Shown: positions 37,051 to 48,229, numbered from the stretch's first letter. The stretch: DNA of 64,000 nucleotides from an uncultured virus (IMG/VR IMGVR_UViG_3300025128_008688) (IMGVR_UViG_3300025128_008688); one strand, 5' to 3'. Translations and numbers: made by a program. The notes: a model not told the origin generated them from the letters alone.

Positions 37051-38649
37051 TTATGGGCAGGGTGTATATATCCATGAGACAGACCGCGTATATCTTCCTG
37101 TCTTTGGATCAAAACTTTCTGCATCTGCAGTTCTAAATGTAGAGTTAGTTGACGCTATATCGTCCTGTGTCTGAGTAATCAGCGCGTCATAGGAAGCTAT
37201 GGGGGCACCACCAAACCAACCCGGAGAAGTAGTATCAGGCGGTCTAATAACAGCCTCTATATTCAAGTCTGCTGAATATGCCGTCTGTGTTCCTATGTCT
37301 TGCAATATTGGTCCTGCTGCTCTTCCTAGTATTTGTAATTCTGCATAAACATCTACTGGATTGTTCCTAGAGATACTTATTGACTCTGATAATATATCAG
37401 TTCCTGTCGCGACACCGTGAGGCCTATCATTGTATGATACGCTAAAGCTTATACTTCCCTCTGCTATATTATAGCTATAAGACGTGCTAATCGGTTGCTG
37501 ATGTAACCCCGGAAAATTGCCTCTTGAAGGAGAAAGTTCCTGTTCTTTTATAGTCGCAGGATAAATACCGCTGGAACATTCGTTATTTGCATCGCCATAT
37601 ACGCAGTTAGCAATATTGTATATAGGGCCAGATACAGCTCCTCCTGCCATCATGAGCTCTGACTTGAAAAAGTTCTTAGCTGAGTTAAACTTGAAACTAG
37701 TAGCATCATAGTTACCTCCGGGATTTACACCACTTGCCAAGGGCAACGCTGCAATACCTCTTACTTCTCCGTTCACAGTAACACCTATGTTACCATCATC
37801 TATGCCACCATTAGCCTCTGCGGATATAGTTAATGTTGCAGGAATACTCTTGGGGCCCTCAAACACTACAAACTCTCGATCTACCGAAACATTTCCTTGT
37901 TCTTGATCTACCGTAACATTAGTACCTTGAAGAAAATAAGATCCATCGCTTAGTATCCCAACTCCCATAGAAGGCGGTGCCGCAAGCGCAGAGGTAATAT
38001 AATTTACAGCCCTATCAATAGCCGCTGTGCTACCACTTGACTCTGCAGATGGTTCTCCTGATATTCCACTAGCGCTTGTTGATGGATTGCATGCGTCGCC
38101 TCCTACTCTATAGTCTAGACCTCTTGCACTTATATTTTCAGTAACAGTATAAGAGGCCGGCTCATAAAAACCGCAGTATGTCCAAGCGTCTGTGTTCTTA
38201 GTCTGAGAAACGGTATGAGTTAACTCTGCGAGCTGACTAGAAGCCGAACCAGTTATGGCGTCACTATTTAAGTCTGAATCATCTAGGAATCCCAGCGGGA
38301 AGAATAACTCGATAGTGTATGGCATTGTCTGGACATTGTTATCACTACTTTCTCCAAAAGTGAAGGATTCGACCAAAGGGCTTCCGGTGATAAAAATTTC
38401 GTTGCAAAGCATTAGCCCAAAGGGACAATAATCCCTCTCAAGTGCCGATTCCAGTGATGCTCTTTGCTGAAACACCCCCAAAGCTCCATCCGTAAGACCT
38501 GATCCGGGGAAGATAAGTCCGTCAAGAGTAACTCTTTTGCCATCACTCAGCGTTCTTCGAGCTGTCCTGACTATTTCAGAACTAATATCTATCATTGGTA
38601 TGGGGTCAAATTCATAAGCCCCATAAGCCATATAATTTCCACTTGCCAT
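37051..38649 (-). CDS. tail-associated protein (distal tail/baseplate region)
   Basis: 532 aa, beta-rich, directly downstream of the tape measure. Confidence 0.55.
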   Translation of the reverse strand: MASGNYMAYGAYEFDPIPMIDISSEIVRTARRTLSDGKRVTLDGLIFPGSGLTDGALGVFQQRASLESALERDYCPFGLMLCNEIFITGSPLVESFTFGESSDNNVQTMPYTIELFFPLGFLDDSDLNSDAITGSASSQLAELTHTVSQTKNTDAWTYCGFYEPASYTVTENISARGLDYRVGGDACNPSTSASGISGEPSAESSGSTAAIDRAVNYITSALAAPPSMGVGILSDGSYFLQGTNVTVDQEQGNVSVDREFVVFEGPKSIPATLTISAEANGGIDDGNIGVTVNGEVRGIAALPLASGVNPGGNYDATSFKFNSAKNFFKSELMMAGGAVSGPIYNIANCVYGDANNECSSGIYPATIKEQELSPSRGNFPGLHQQPISTSYSYNIAEGSISFSVSYNDRPHGVATGTDILSESISISRNNPVDVYAELQILGRAAGPILQDIGTQTAYSADLNIEAVIRPPDTTSPGWFGGAPIASYDALITQTQDDIASTNSTFRTADAESFDPKTGRYTRSVSWIYTPCP

Positions 38650-38661
38650 ATTACATTCCTA

Positions 38662-41600
38662 TTATTGAGCTGTACCAAATAATGCAGTCATTATTTCTGA
38701 CTGCCGATTTTCTATAATTGCAGGCAACTGTTCTGCCATAGCGTTTAACGCCATTGAAGTCACTATATTTCTCATTTGATCTGAGAACGCTCCGGTATTT
38801 AGTATTATTTCCATAGGGGCCATGCTCACCGACATACGAAGACCACCAGAAGCATCATTAAGAGGTTTTATTGCCGAGCGCAAACCGGCAACGAGCTCAT
38901 GAACATCAATATCGTTCAACTCTGCACCATGTGTCGGCTTACCTATTGCGCTGGCCCTGCTAGCGCTCATTGTATCAACCCTCATACCACTAGAACCTAT
39001 TGCTTTCTTCAATAGTTTTTCTAAGTGTATATCATGAGTAAAGATACTTCCTTCTTCAGTGGCTTGGTTTGCCATTGCGTTAAGATTGCCCATTGTAGTG
39101 CTATCGTCAATAGTTTCCCCATTAATAGTAGGCAATGCATCGGTATTTATAGGCATTCCGCCGGCAGGAAGAGCAATCTCATTACCTTCTGCGTCTGTCC
39201 TTGTGTTGTTAGCTTGATCTGAAACCGTGTTGCGAATAGACTCAGCTTCGCCTCTACGTTCTTCAGCGTCCCTCATGAGGTCTAAGAACTTTTGCCCAGC
39301 TTCCCTGATGTCTTTTGAAAACTTATTAAGATTCTTTTGTGCTTTCTTAAGGGCCTTGTCATATGCTTCTTGAGTCTTTTTGTCTTGCGCTGCTTGTGCA
39401 GCTTCTTGATCTGCCTGCGCTTGCATTGCAGCTTCATATGCCTCTTGCTCCTCTGCGGTCCCGGTCCCAGCTATTGGGTTCCCATCTGGGCCCATAATCA
39501 TAGCTCCCGTAGCGGCAGTATTCAATAGATCTAAGTTCATAGCGTTCATAGCACCACCAAAGAACGGTACGTTATCTCCACTCATTCCAGCAGGATTAAG
39601 GGCACCATACGCACCTCCTAGTGTCTTGAAGTATTTGACCCTTATCGCCTCTGCTTCTTGTGGAGTTATTTGACCGGAAGCTAGGCCAACTTTGATCTGC
39701 TCTTCTATAAAGTCCTGAGTCAAGTACCCTAAGTCTTGCTGGCTCAGATCTCCCCCGGACATCATTGCTTCAAAGGCTCTCATCGGCCCAAGGAATGCTT
39801 CTCTTGCTTCTGCCCTTGCTTTAGGGTCTTTTATCTGTTCGATTTCATTCATCTGCTGGACTCTTCCAGAAACAATATCCCTAGCACTCTGTCTTCTTTT
39901 AGCTTCCCTTGCGAGCACTTCCTGAGCTGCCGTTAGCATTTCTGTAGAGCTAATTAAGTCTGCAGTCATCTGCTGCTGAGCTTCAAGAGCTTGAGTATTA
40001 GCTTGCATGTTTGCATTAAAATCAGATATCTGTTGATCGGTTGGACCACCTCCTGCTGCTCTTGTATCCTTACCCTGTTGTTGTGCTGTTGCGGAGGCAC
40101 CTTGTGCTACTCCTCCAGCAGCAACATAGCGATCAATCATCTCTTGACGATCTTTTCTTAGCCCATCAACTGCCGCCTGAGAATCCTGAGCTGATGCGTT
40201 CATGATTCCAAACGTTCCGCCTCCGACCCCGAGTTTAAAACCGTAGGTTTCTCTCAATCTTTCGGTTTGTTTTGCTCTGGCGCTCTCAATCGTTGTTTCT
40301 GGACCTATGCTAAAATTCTTAAGTCCATCTACATATTTCTTTTCTATCTCTATTAATCTTTTCTTAGACTGTATCTCCTGATTCGTCGCTTCTGCAGCAA
40401 GCTGCATTGTATCAGCGAATGCTTTACCGTACTGATTTTGTTTCTCAATTAAACTTGAGAACTGTTCCCTAAGCTTTTCAGTGTTACCTGCAAGCTCTTT
40501 CATTATTTCATCGACATCTCCCTCATCCAAGAATGTCTTAAGGGCATCTTCTAGAGATATTTGTTCTCCCCCTTCTCCTTGTTGTCTACCTTGGACTTGG
40601 TCACTTATGCCTGCCATAAGACTTTCTAGCACTGTTGGTGGTAGTAAGTCTGCATCAATTCCAGCGGCTGCCATCTGATCCTTGACTATCTGCAAAAATT
40701 GCTCAGGGCTCTCTAGCTGTCCCGTTTGTTGAGCTTCTTGAACAGCTGATGCGATGATTGTTGGCATCGCCTGATTAAGCTTCATTGCTTCTGTGAACTG
40801 GCCTTGCGCTCCAGCTCCAACTCCAGTTCCTGCAAATGCAGTATCCACACCGGCAGCGATTGACCCCGATGTTGCACTCGACATATTTTCAAATACATTG
40901 AATGCTGGTCTTGCAGAATCAGCTGACTTATGTACATCTTCTATCTCAGCTCTCATCTCATTAAAGGAATGATTAAATCTATTTGCAGCTTCACCCATTT
41001 CTTTTGATAGTGTCGAAAGCGAAGCTACAAGCATGTCCATAGCTGATCTAGCTAATCGAGAAGCCCTATCAAGAGCTACCATCGCATGTTCTGTTCTTAG
41101 CCTTTCTTCTTGTTCTCTTTGTAGCTCGCGGTTCATGGAAGCTATTTGACCAGCACCATAAGCAACCTCATCGCCAGTAGCACCGGCCTGTATCAGCAGC
41201 TCGTTCATCTCGTCTTCAGACAGCTCGGAAATTGTTCTTCCGGTCCCTTGAAGCTGACTCTGTAAAGCTACAAACGCTGCTTTTACTCCTCTGGTTTCCT
41301 GTGCGCTGCCACCAACAAATTCTGCTACGCCCGTTGTAAGTCGTGCTTGTCGTTCCGCTTGAAGAGCCTTGACCATAGTCTGTGAAGCTATGTCTCCTCC
41401 CTTTAAAGCGTCCTCTAGCTTTCCTGTCGTAATTGCTGCTTTTAGCGCTTCGGTACTTAAACTATCAAGAGACTGCTTGAATGCATTGTCAATAGCTTGT
41501 TTGAAAGCTCCTGCACCTAAGTCATCTCCTAGAGCAGACTGCATTTCCTTAAACGTATTATCAAAGACAGTAGCTAACTCTTCGTCTCTCTTCTGTTGCA

Positions 41601-44600
41601 GCAGCTGTATATTATTAGCCACTTGGTAAATGGCTTCGTCACCGAACTCTGCACGAACAGCCTCAGGATTGATACCTCTAACCCCCTGTGCCCGACCAAA
41701 CTCACTGTCTGCGCCTGCTCCTGCATAGCCGAATTGACCTCCTCGACCCGCTTGGGCCCTTCCGATCCGCCTTCGGTCACCGGTGGTCACACCTTCAAAA
41801 AACATATCTCTAGCGATATTCTTCCTATCCATAAAGCCAGCCATTCTATCGGCTCGTAGAGAGCCTGCCGAGGAATCACCTCCCATGAGCCCTGATTGAG
41901 CGAATGCCTGACTGCTGGCTGCTTGGTCTGCTGCAAGGAATGTCTTTGTCAGTTGTTTTGTTGTCCTTTGAAGCTCTAAGTTAGTTATATTATTATCTTT
42001 AGCTAACAACTCCAGACTCTTGGCTGCTTTTTTACCGCTAATAGCTACATTATTAAGTGCATTAAATGATTGCTGAGCATATTTGGCGGAATTTGATTTT
42101 CTAAGACTATCAAAGACAAAATAAATCCCAGCAACAACTGCCGTAAGAGGTCCGAGTTTGCCGGCAAGGGCACCTAATCCTCCCAGCACTGCTGGAAATG
42201 CAGCTGCAACTTTTTGGATAACCATCGTTGCGACAACAGCTGCTCCGAGAGCAGCAAACGCTTTAGCCAATGTCTTAGCCCCTGCAGCCGACCGGGCTGT
42301 TTCAGCGTCTAAATCCTTAATCCCTTTTATTCCACCAATTTCCTCTATCTTTGATGAGTCTATACCTAAAATTGCATCAATAGCACTACTGGCAGCTTTA
42401 TCCAATATTAAGAAGGTAGCAGCTCCGGCAAGAAGACCTGCTGAAAAAGCACCTAGAGCTGGCATTGTAATATTTTTAAGTGCTCCGGCAGTGACCGTAA
42501 ACCTACCACCTAAGCTAGCGACTTTTTTCCCAAGGTTGCCAAGTCCTGCCGTAGCCGTCTTTAGAGTCTGGCTAAATCCAGCGACAAACTGCTGGGAACC
42601 TGTAGCGGAGCTTAACGCAGTGCCACTTGTTCCTAACGTTGTGAACATCTTTGCGGGCGTTGGCGGGACAAAGGTTGGTCGGGTCACGCCCGCTCCAAAA
42701 CCGCCAAAAGCACCTCCCATAAATCCCGAAAGAATCTTATCAATATTCGCAGCCTTCAATGCCGTAAACGTCCCACTTAAACCAGCCATTAGCATGGCAG
42801 CTGTGGTTGCTACGTTCATTGCGCTAGCAAAGCTAAGGCCTTCAGCTTCAAGCTGTGCAAAAGAAGCGGTAAGCCCAGTAATCCCTGCGGTTAGGTTTGA
42901 TATACCGAGCTGCATAGCAGCACCTTTTTCCGCGACATTTCCACTTCCTCCTACTCCTCCACCATTACTAAAACCTACACGACCACCCTTTGCATATTTA
43001 TTAATGCTATTTAATTTACTATAGCCATACCTCTTAGCAGAGTCTCTGTTTATAACGAACTCACCGGGAGTTAGAAGCGCTGGTACAGTATCTGTTCCTG
43101 ACGTTAACCCTCCAGTGGCCTTTCCTTTTCTTGACTTCCCTGACCCCGCAGGCATATTTGTTGTTGTGATCATAGGGGTTCCAGTTCTAAGTAGCTTTCC
43201 TACAATAGATCCTGTATCTTTAAGTGTAGATTCACGACTAAGAGATTTCTTGGCCTCCCCTTTTGAGGCAGAGCCTGCTGAACCGCTTCCAAATACTTGA
43301 TCAATAGCATTTCTTGCCTCCTGATCTATTGAGGCAATATCAAAAGTAGCTTTGTCATCTGGATCTAAAATTGCTCCTGTTGTCTTTGAAATGAATCCTT
43401 CAAATAAAAGCCCCTTGATAGGGTCAAAGTTTACTCTCTCCAGAGCCATATCTGCAAGCGCCTGAGCACTTTGGCTTAGTCCCGGAATCTCAAACTTGTC
43501 CATAAATTGAGAAACGTGATTGTCAAGCTCTTGTTTAATGGACTCAACCATCTTCCTATCAAGAACATCCAGCGCGTCTTTTCCTAACATTCCACCTGCA
43601 GAAGTGTATGATAGATCCATGTAGCCTAGACCTGCTTGGGCTCCAGCGGCACTAAACTGACTTTGGATTTTATCCATGCCGGGAAGAGCAGCAAACTCTT
43701 TAAATCTAGTGCTTTGTTTTGCGCCAGCCTTCGCGCTACTTTTTCTTCCGGCATAAAACACTCTGGTCTTTCCGGAAGTGGCGTTGAAGATATTGCCAGC
43801 CGTCGGGCCCTGCGTACCTTTTTCCATAAATAAGCTTGTAACATCATCCCTGTTAATTGTAGCTGTAGCGGTTGGAATTGTTTCGCCTACTTTACCTGCC
43901 TTATTGAATCTTTGAACAGGGCCTCCGTTTGCATATCTATTGATCTTATTTAGATTACCGGCACCATAAGCTTCTACCGCCGACTTCCTTATGACATATT
44001 CTCCGGGAGTCAGATTAGCTTTAACTGTATCGCCAGATCCATGTCCGGGAACTAGACCACCTGTGGCAAAGCCTCTTCTTGGACCTCTAGCGGGACCTCT
44101 TCCTCCGCCAAACCCACCAGTCGTCTTAGCATTGATACTTGACAGAAGACCTATCATTGCCTTCTGGTTTTGAATCTGAGTTTGTAGGTGAGTATTTTGA
44201 GTATTAGATGCTGAAAGAATGTTGCTTAGCTGGGTTGTCTGAGCTGCCGTAGAAGCAGCAGTCTTCTTCTGGGCGGCATTTCCTTGCCCTCCCATAGCCT
44301 GACCAGCAGAGGCGCCCAATCCTCCTTTACCAAACCCACCCATAAAACCAGTGATAAAACCACCGGCAGCACGACTAACCGAACGAGCTGCAAAGGCAGT
44401 GAGCATAGGAAGCAATGGAGCTAATGTTTCGCCAATCTGTAGAAACGCATTTGCTATTCCTATCAATGATTTACTTATTGTAGCAAAAGTACTGGACTCT
44501 GCTATCGTCATTAGAAAATCTTGGAATCTGGACTGGACTTGTTCAAAGGCTTTTATAATTGGAGTTAAACCTTTTTCCACATCTTTACCGAGACCCATAG

Positions 44601-45771
44601 CGGCTCCTTTTTGGCCTTCTATGAGTGCTTGTTGGGCTTTTCCAAAGTTCCTTAATGCAGGAACTAATTTACCCATCTGTCTAATACCACCAAGCTCTTC
44701 AGTAATAGCAGATAAAGTTAAGGCGTCTCCTTTTTGGACTATCACATCCAGCTGCTGCCCAATTCTTTGCATAGCAGGATAGAGCCCAATAAAGTTACCT
44801 TGAACATCAGTAAGCTTGATACCAAGGTTTTCAAGCATCTGAATGGTGTCTTTTCGTTGCAACCTAGTGAAGATTGTTCTTAAACCAGTAGCGATTGTTT
44901 CTGCAGACTCACGAGTCGTTGCTCTAACAGAAGTAAATACAGCCGCAAACTGATTAAGGGCCTCAATAGGCTCAGTCATTTGACCAGCAGATATTGCAAA
45001 CACACCACCGGCACGTCTTATAGCAGCGATCAGGTCTTGAGCCTCAACAGCAAACTTCTTAGATATCTGATTCAAAGAACCTAGTACTGCCTCAGACTGC
45101 TGTGCGGATATTCCAAACTGGTTCAAAGCAGCGATCAAACCTTCTGCTGTCTGCTTCATATCTCCAAAAGTAGGAGCTAAACTAGAACGAGCAATAGCTT
45201 TCATAGAAGCTTCTACTTGAGCTAAATTCTGACCAGCCTGAGCAAACAATCTAGCTATCTCAATTACCTCGTTGGCGTCCAACCCAAGAGACTTAGCTGC
45301 ATTTCTGGCAGCACCTGAAATGTTCTCTAGCCCCTTGGCTGTCTGTCCAGTAACCTGTTGGAGCTTAACTATTTCTCTCTGGAACTCAAGTGCCTTGGGT
45401 ATTGCCTGAGTAATAGCATTTGTAAGACGGAAGAATGTTGCAGTAACAATACCTGCAGCCGCAAACCTTTTGAATGTAAGAGCAGTTTCCTTACCAAGGA
45501 TATTCATAGCACCACCAGCTTGCTTAGCAGAGCTTGCCACCCTATTTAAACTATTGGAAGTTGTCTTAGATGCCGCGCTTAGCTTAGCAGCACTTCCTGT
45601 GGTAGTCTTAAAAGTATTATTAAGTTTGTTAAGTTGCTGAGATCCTTTTTGAGGTATGTTTAAATTAACATTAGCATTTATATTTTTCAACTGCTGTTGT
45701 ATCTTCTTGGACACAGCCCTAATGTTCTTAGGACCAGACAAAACAACTTGTGCGTTTATATTGAATGCCAT
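38662..45771 (-). CDS. tail tape measure protein
   Basis: 2369 aa, Ala/Gly/Gln-rich helical; TTRESAETIATGLRTIFTRL TMP core; DTVxAxLTPGExVI motifs. Confidence 0.9.
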   Translation of the reverse strand: MAFNINAQVVLSGPKNIRAVSKKIQQQLKNINANVNLNIPQKGSQQLNKLNNTFKTTTGSAAKLSAASKTTSNSLNRVASSAKQAGGAMNILGKETALTFKRFAAAGIVTATFFRLTNAITQAIPKALEFQREIVKLQQVTGQTAKGLENISGAARNAAKSLGLDANEVIEIARLFAQAGQNLAQVEASMKAIARSSLAPTFGDMKQTAEGLIAALNQFGISAQQSEAVLGSLNQISKKFAVEAQDLIAAIRRAGGVFAISAGQMTEPIEALNQFAAVFTSVRATTRESAETIATGLRTIFTRLQRKDTIQMLENLGIKLTDVQGNFIGLYPAMQRIGQQLDVIVQKGDALTLSAITEELGGIRQMGKLVPALRNFGKAQQALIEGQKGAAMGLGKDVEKGLTPIIKAFEQVQSRFQDFLMTIAESSTFATISKSLIGIANAFLQIGETLAPLLPMLTAFAARSVSRAAGGFITGFMGGFGKGGLGASAGQAMGGQGNAAQKKTAASTAAQTTQLSNILSASNTQNTHLQTQIQNQKAMIGLLSSINAKTTGGFGGGRGPARGPRRGFATGGLVPGHGSGDTVKANLTPGEYVIRKSAVEAYGAGNLNKINRYANGGPVQRFNKAGKVGETIPTATATINRDDVTSLFMEKGTQGPTAGNIFNATSGKTRVFYAGRKSSAKAGAKQSTRFKEFAALPGMDKIQSQFSAAGAQAGLGYMDLSYTSAGGMLGKDALDVLDRKMVESIKQELDNHVSQFMDKFEIPGLSQSAQALADMALERVNFDPIKGLLFEGFISKTTGAILDPDDKATFDIASIDQEARNAIDQVFGSGSAGSASKGEAKKSLSRESTLKDTGSIVGKLLRTGTPMITTTNMPAGSGKSRKGKATGGLTSGTDTVPALLTPGEFVINRDSAKRYGYSKLNSINKYAKGGRVGFSNGGGVGGSGNVAEKGAAMQLGISNLTAGITGLTASFAQLEAEGLSFASAMNVATTAAMLMAGLSGTFTALKAANIDKILSGFMGGAFGGFGAGVTRPTFVPPTPAKMFTTLGTSGTALSSATGSQQFVAGFSQTLKTATAGLGNLGKKVASLGGRFTVTAGALKNITMPALGAFSAGLLAGAATFLILDKAASSAIDAILGIDSSKIEEIGGIKGIKDLDAETARSAAGAKTLAKAFAALGAAVVATMVIQKVAAAFPAVLGGLGALAGKLGPLTAVVAGIYFVFDSLRKSNSAKYAQQSFNALNNVAISGKKAAKSLELLAKDNNITNLELQRTTKQLTKTFLAADQAASSQAFAQSGLMGGDSSAGSLRADRMAGFMDRKNIARDMFFEGVTTGDRRRIGRAQAGRGGQFGYAGAGADSEFGRAQGVRGINPEAVRAEFGDEAIYQVANNIQLLQQKRDEELATVFDNTFKEMQSALGDDLGAGAFKQAIDNAFKQSLDSLSTEALKAAITTGKLEDALKGGDIASQTMVKALQAERQARLTTGVAEFVGGSAQETRGVKAAFVALQSQLQGTGRTISELSEDEMNELLIQAGATGDEVAYGAGQIASMNRELQREQEERLRTEHAMVALDRASRLARSAMDMLVASLSTLSKEMGEAANRFNHSFNEMRAEIEDVHKSADSARPAFNVFENMSSATSGSIAAGVDTAFAGTGVGAGAQGQFTEAMKLNQAMPTIIASAVQEAQQTGQLESPEQFLQIVKDQMAAAGIDADLLPPTVLESLMAGISDQVQGRQQGEGGEQISLEDALKTFLDEGDVDEIMKELAGNTEKLREQFSSLIEKQNQYGKAFADTMQLAAEATNQEIQSKKRLIEIEKKYVDGLKNFSIGPETTIESARAKQTERLRETYGFKLGVGGGTFGIMNASAQDSQAAVDGLRKDRQEMIDRYVAAGGVAQGASATAQQQGKDTRAAGGGPTDQQISDFNANMQANTQALEAQQQMTADLISSTEMLTAAQEVLAREAKRRQSARDIVSGRVQQMNEIEQIKDPKARAEAREAFLGPMRAFEAMMSGGDLSQQDLGYLTQDFIEEQIKVGLASGQITPQEAEAIRVKYFKTLGGAYGALNPAGMSGDNVPFFGGAMNAMNLDLLNTAATGAMIMGPDGNPIAGTGTAEEQEAYEAAMQAQADQEAAQAAQDKKTQEAYDKALKKAQKNLNKFSKDIREAGQKFLDLMRDAEERRGEAESIRNTVSDQANNTRTDAEGNEIALPAGGMPINTDALPTINGETIDDSTTMGNLNAMANQATEEGSIFTHDIHLEKLLKKAIGSSGMRVDTMSASRASAIGKPTHGAELNDIDVHELVAGLRSAIKPLNDASGGLRMSVSMAPMEIILNTGAFSDQMRNIVTSMALNAMAEQLPAIIENRQSEIMTALFGTAQ

Positions 45772-45786
45772 TTAAATTACCTTTAT

Positions 45787-45828
45787 AAAACAAAACGACC
45801 ATAGTAAACGCAGTGCTTATTATGGTCG
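45787..45828 (-). terminator. intrinsic terminator-like hairpin upstream of the tape measure gene
   Basis: minus strand CGACCATAATAA..TTACTATGGTCG followed by TTTTGTTTT. Confidence 0.65.
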
Positions 45829-45844
45829 CTTATCCAGTTATATA

Positions 45845-46840
45845 CTACTCTGAAGGAGCTTCTTCTGGTTGCTCTTCAGGAGGTGATTCAGCCTCAGCAG
45901 CTGGCTCCTCTTTCTTCTTAGTAGTCTTTTTTCTCGGTGCTCTCTTTTTAGGAGTAGTTTTCTTTTCAACAGTTTCGGCTTGTTCCTCTTCCTCAGCCTG
46001 CTCTTTCTCTTCTGATTCGGATTCCAAAACAATAGGAGTTCCGTCTTCATCTAAGAAAGGAGAAAACTCTACCTTAAACTTGCCTTCATCAACGTCTATT
46101 TCGCGCCCATTAGCATCCACATAGATAAAGTTGTCGTCTTCTTGCCACTTTATAAAGTTTCCAAAAACGTCTATATGTCTGCCTTCTCTGTCAACTCTAC
46201 GACCATCTTTATCAACAAGGTGACCATCTTCATTAACAAGCTTGTATTGGGTGAGAAACTGGTTCTCAGGCAATGTGGAGTCTAGATCCTCAGTACCGGA
46301 CAATAGATAATAAAACTGTGTAGCACCTATGGTACTAACTTCATCCTCTATTGATGCCAGATATGAATCTAACCCATGCTCATAGTACGGGTCTCCAGTA
46401 TCTTCATACACCAAACACTCGGCAAAAAGCAGGTTGAAACGAGCCGAATCTGCCTTGCCCTCACATGTGTTTTGGTCTAAATCGCTTCTGGAAGTAAGCA
46501 TCTCAACCATTCTATTTCTAGCATTTCTCATGTCTAAAGCAATATTTTTAGCTTCTTGAAGACTAATTCCCCCTTTAGACAATGTGAACTCACCATCGAC
46601 AACAGACTTCTTTAATGTCTGGTATTCGGTCTCTTTTTGATCATTCCAGAGATTTCTTTTTCTTAAATTGTCATCTAGCTGATCTCTAAGAATATCACCG
46701 TTTTCAAGAGCTTGATTAAAAGTTTTAGATCTCATCTCACTACCTCTTCTGAGAGTAGCAACACTAGGTCTAATAACTGCATATTTAACCTCGTTCACCT
46801 CAAAAACTCTTTTGTCTTCATCTTTTACATCATTGGCCAT
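45845..46840 (-). CDS. tail assembly chaperone-like protein
   Basis: between tail tube and TMP; acidic/basic low-complexity C-terminus. Confidence 0.45.
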   Translation of the reverse strand: MANDVKDEDKRVFEVNEVKYAVIRPSVATLRRGSEMRSKTFNQALENGDILRDQLDDNLRKRNLWNDQKETEYQTLKKSVVDGEFTLSKGGISLQEAKNIALDMRNARNRMVEMLTSRSDLDQNTCEGKADSARFNLLFAECLVYEDTGDPYYEHGLDSYLASIEDEVSTIGATQFYYLLSGTEDLDSTLPENQFLTQYKLVNEDGHLVDKDGRRVDREGRHIDVFGNFIKWQEDDNFIYVDANGREIDVDEGKFKVEFSPFLDEDGTPIVLESESEEKEQAEEEEQAETVEKKTTPKKRAPRKKTTKKKEEPAAEAESPPEEQPEEAPSE

Positions 46841-46842
46841 CG

Positions 46843-47163
46843 TTATATATCCTTATCCTCATCTTGAAAATGAAATTTAGTTACGTATCTATCCCAACTT
46901 ATTGTATAGTAGTTGAGCTCATTTTGTACCGCCCTAAGGTTAGAATTTCCTAAGTCCAGTATATCCGTTCTAGTTCGAGACCAAACTTTTCTCCACTCTT
47001 TTTGGTCTTCGCTAAGTCTATCATACTCTATTCCATGTCCCCATAGAAATCCAAAGTCTTCTTCAAAAGTTGCTAGTGCTCCTATTGTAGTTGTATTAAA
47101 TTTTTTTGTTATATTATTCTTAAGCCTTTTCTTGGACTGGTCTTTATAATTTTTATTATCCAT
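46843..47163 (-). CDS. hypothetical protein
   Basis: 106 aa, AGGAG RBS. Confidence 0.55.
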   Translation of the reverse strand: MDNKNYKDQSKKRLKNNITKKFNTTTIGALATFEEDFGFLWGHGIEYDRLSEDQKEWRKVWSRTRTDILDLGNSNLRAVQNELNYYTISWDRYVTKFHFQDEDKDI

Positions 47164-47173
47164 ATGGCTCCTG

Positions 47174-48229
47174 TTATCCTCCTCTCCTAGAGTTTTTTAG
47201 TTCTTCCATCATTTGTTTTCTTAATTGTAATTTGACATCGCTAAGTTCCATGTCATCAACCTGACCCTTGTTTTTCACTTCTAACTCTTTACTCTTTAAC
47301 TTCATCCTCTCGTTATGTTCATTTATGTTAAATATTCTACTTGCGTCGGACTTGGTCTCTGCCATAACAAACACCTCATTTCCCTTCTGATCAATAGCTT
47401 TGTCCACAGACTTCTTCTCTCTTGACTTTTTCATTTTTTCTTGCTCTTTGAGCATCCATCCATCGAACATATCATCATCTTCAAACACGTCCTCAGGAGG
47501 GGAGTCTGGACTTTGGAAGGCGTTGTCATACATTTTGGAGTACGACATAATGACTCTCTGTAGTGCATTCAAGCTACCTACTGGTGCGCTAAATGGTCCT
47601 GATTTACCTCCAGCATTCCAGAAAGATTTCCAAGGCTCGTTTCTTGATATCTCTCTAAGACTGCTAAACAGATGCGTAAAGCTACCGCTCCAAGCAGATG
47701 CTGCTTCCTGAAGTATTCTAGAAGAAGAAGCATAAACATCTGAGTGAGTATATACATGAGACCCGTCAGACATATCAACTATCCTTAACGCTAGCACGAA
47801 CTGGTCAATTGAGGCTTCTGTAAAACCTTCTATCGTCAGACTATCAAAAGAATTTTTAGTCTCGGAAGATTCTTCAATGAGAGTCTTAAGGCCTTTTATT
47901 CTAGACTTCAGCGACTTCACGGCTTTTGAGTTGAGCCTTGACTCAAATAAATTAATTTTATATCTTTCGAGCTCTTTCTCGGCTTCTTCAAGATGCGCGT
48001 TGTCGCTATCTGTCCATATACCTAGCTCGTGCAGTTTCTGCTTGGCCTGACTCCTTGTCATCATTTGCTGAAAGCGTAGATTATGAGTCTGCTTTTTTAC
48101 ATAGAATTCTGCAAGCCGATGCATTTCTTGCGTTGCAGGAATTATTTTATAGAGCTTATTATCAAGTTCAAAGAAGCAAATCCCAGAAAGGATAAAAGAT
48201 ACAGCTTCTTCCAGTTCCCTTTTTTCCAT
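47174..48229 (-). CDS. tail assembly chaperone-like protein
   Basis: 351 aa helical, PPEDVFEDDDMFDGW; follows the tail tube gene. Confidence 0.45.
   Translation of the reverse strand: MEKRELEEAVSFILSGICFFELDNKLYKIIPATQEMHRLAEFYVKKQTHNLRFQQMMTRSQAKQKLHELGIWTDSDNAHLEEAEKELERYKINLFESRLNSKAVKSLKSRIKGLKTLIEESSETKNSFDSLTIEGFTEASIDQFVLALRIVDMSDGSHVYTHSDVYASSSRILQEAASAWSGSFTHLFSSLREISRNEPWKSFWNAGGKSGPFSAPVGSLNALQRVIMSYSKMYDNAFQSPDSPPEDVFEDDDMFDGWMLKEQEKMKKSREKKSVDKAIDQKGNEVFVMAETKSDASRIFNINEHNERMKLKSKELEVKNKGQVDDMELSDVKLQLRKQMMEELKNSRRGG

Noticed and set aside
37061..37070. GGTGTATATA promoter-like motif on the + strand
   Set aside because: Inside a coding region and antisense to it; explained by the codons for IYTP.
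42158..43024. 288-aa + strand ORF and other long antisense ORFs in the track
   Set aside because: Shadow frames of Ala/Gly-rich minus-strand genes, with no RBS or recognisable motifs.
45816..45831. Possible target of the copy C tail (CTTATT..GGTCGCTT)
   Set aside because: Needs a 2-nt gap, has only 9 contiguous matches, and both sequences are explained by local pairing.
45845..48229. Programmed frameshift in tail assembly chaperones
   Set aside because: Three separate ORFs with their own starts; no convincing slippery site identified by eye.
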